A stretch of 64,000 nucleotides of DNA from Nemertoderma westbladi (lineage: Eukaryota > Animalia > Xenacoelomorpha): assembly GCA_032718475.1 (NCBI GenBank), contig JAUCBJ010008857.1:1-64000 (forward strand), in the 5' to 3' direction. Position 1 is the stretch's first letter. Each line of letters starts with the position of its first letter. The notes under the pieces were generated by a model. The model was not told where the DNA came from and did no database searches. It worked only from the letters and a program-made list of their open reading frames with translations. Positions 63,103 through 64,000 of the stretch are shown here, in pieces. Both the position numbers and the translations under genes were made by a program.

Positions 63103-64000
63103 ATGAATTCTACCAACACAGAAGCTCAGCAATTAGGATTGCTAGTCATCATTCAACTGATATATTACTCTATCCTTTTTATACTCGGAGTTATAGGAAA
63201 TATATTTGTCGTCATTATAATGGCAAAAAATTCGAAAATGTCCCGAATATCTTCAAACAGATACCTCCTCGCCTTGGCGGTATCTGACATTGGTTCTCTT
63301 CTCTCTATAGTGCTCGTGGAGTTTATTGTGAACCTCACGATCGCCGACTACCAATGGTTCTACGGCTACTTTTGTGCGGTTATTCACGTGGTCCAGTTCA
63401 CCTGCACTGACTCCTCTGTCTGGCTGGTTACCGCTTTCAGCATAGAACGCGCCATTGTCGTCCTCTTTCCATTTAAACGACAGACAATGTGCACAGTGGA
63501 CCGAGCGCGTAAGGTCATTCTTATCGTCTATCTACTTAGCTTCGGTTTCGCTTTGCCCTTTGGATGGACGGATGGTTTGGTTTACGAGGTACAAGGGAAC
63601 GGCTCAGAAGCTACTTACCAGGTCTATTGTCGGGCTTATGAAAGTGCCACCTTTCTCTATACAATTATGAACGCCCTACAATACGCCACCATGTTTATAT
63701 TACCTTTTATTTTAATAACCGTCAGCAATGTGTTGATGGTCTGGAAATTACGATGTATGCGACAAACCCACATTAAATACACGGAGAGCCACGTTGTCAT
63801 GGTGCAGAGGGTCTGTGAGACAAACCACAACCAAGGTCAGGTGTTGGGGGTCTCAAATAGGTCGCGAAGAAGTAGACGACTTACCGACAATGATGGAATT
63901 CAAGGTTTTACCCACAACCACCAAAGAGAGAAAAACCAACAGAAAACCACAATACTTCTAATAACCGTGGCTAGCATATTTGTATTAACGTGGTTGCCAT
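63103..64000 (+). CDS. Class A (rhodopsin-like) GPCR, GPR139/GPR142-like peptide-receptor group; 3' end beyond window
   Basis: Manual translation from ATG 63103 is open to the window end: MNST glycosylation site, TM1 GVIGNIFV, TM2 YLLALAVSD, TM3 C..SVWLVTAFSIERAIVVLFP, CTVDRARKVI, TM5 FILPFILITVSN, TM6 KTTILLITVASIFVLTWLP; no intron in this stretch. Confidence 0.92.
   Translation, partial: MNSTNTEAQQLGLLVIIQLIYYSILFILGVIGNIFVVIIMAKNSKMSRISSNRYLLALAVSDIGSLLSIVLVEFIVNLTIADYQWFYGYFCAVIHVVQFTCTDSSVWLVTAFSIERAIVVLFPFKRQTMCTVDRARKVILIVYLLSFGFALPFGWTDGLVYEVQGNGSEATYQVYCRAYESATFLYTIMNALQYATMFILPFILITVSNVLMVWKLRCMRQTHIKYTESHVVMVQRVCETNHNQGQVLGVSNRSRRSRRLTDNDGIQGFTHNHQREKNQQKTTILLITVASIFVLTWLP

Overview
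Eukaryotic (animal-like), repeat-dominated 64 kb window; nothing prokaryotic and no CRISPR array. Two host genes can be supported: an intronless SNX14 orthologue (21683-24961, minus) carrying an in-frame 24 x 24-bp coding minisatellite, and a class A GPCR of the GPR139/GPR142-like peptide-receptor type (63103 to beyond the window end, plus; absent from the ORF track). About 26 kb (~40%) consists of at least 11 mutually unrelated tandem arrays with 15-73-bp units, the largest being 1-12702 (40 bp), 15916-21629 (32 bp) and 54726-59383 (40 bp). 28.5-44.2 kb is a nest of mobile elements whose junctions can be read directly: a Helentron-associated (HINE/DINE-like) element, an inverted duplication of a decayed CR1 segment, a MULE-like TIR element (58-bp TIRs, 9-bp TSD) that encloses an intact 440-aa Rex/Babar-type reverse transcriptase ORF, CR1 ORF1/endonuclease/RT remnants, a TTAA-flanked G18/C18 MITE, and an RTE LINE split by an internally deleted BEL/Pao element (5-bp TSD). 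Most interesting: the RT-in-TIR cassette, pervasive local tandem amplification (including of promoter-like motifs and coding sequence), and Tc1/mariner-type TA-footprints fixed and amplified inside a satellite. Family assignments are from motif recognition only; no database searches were run.
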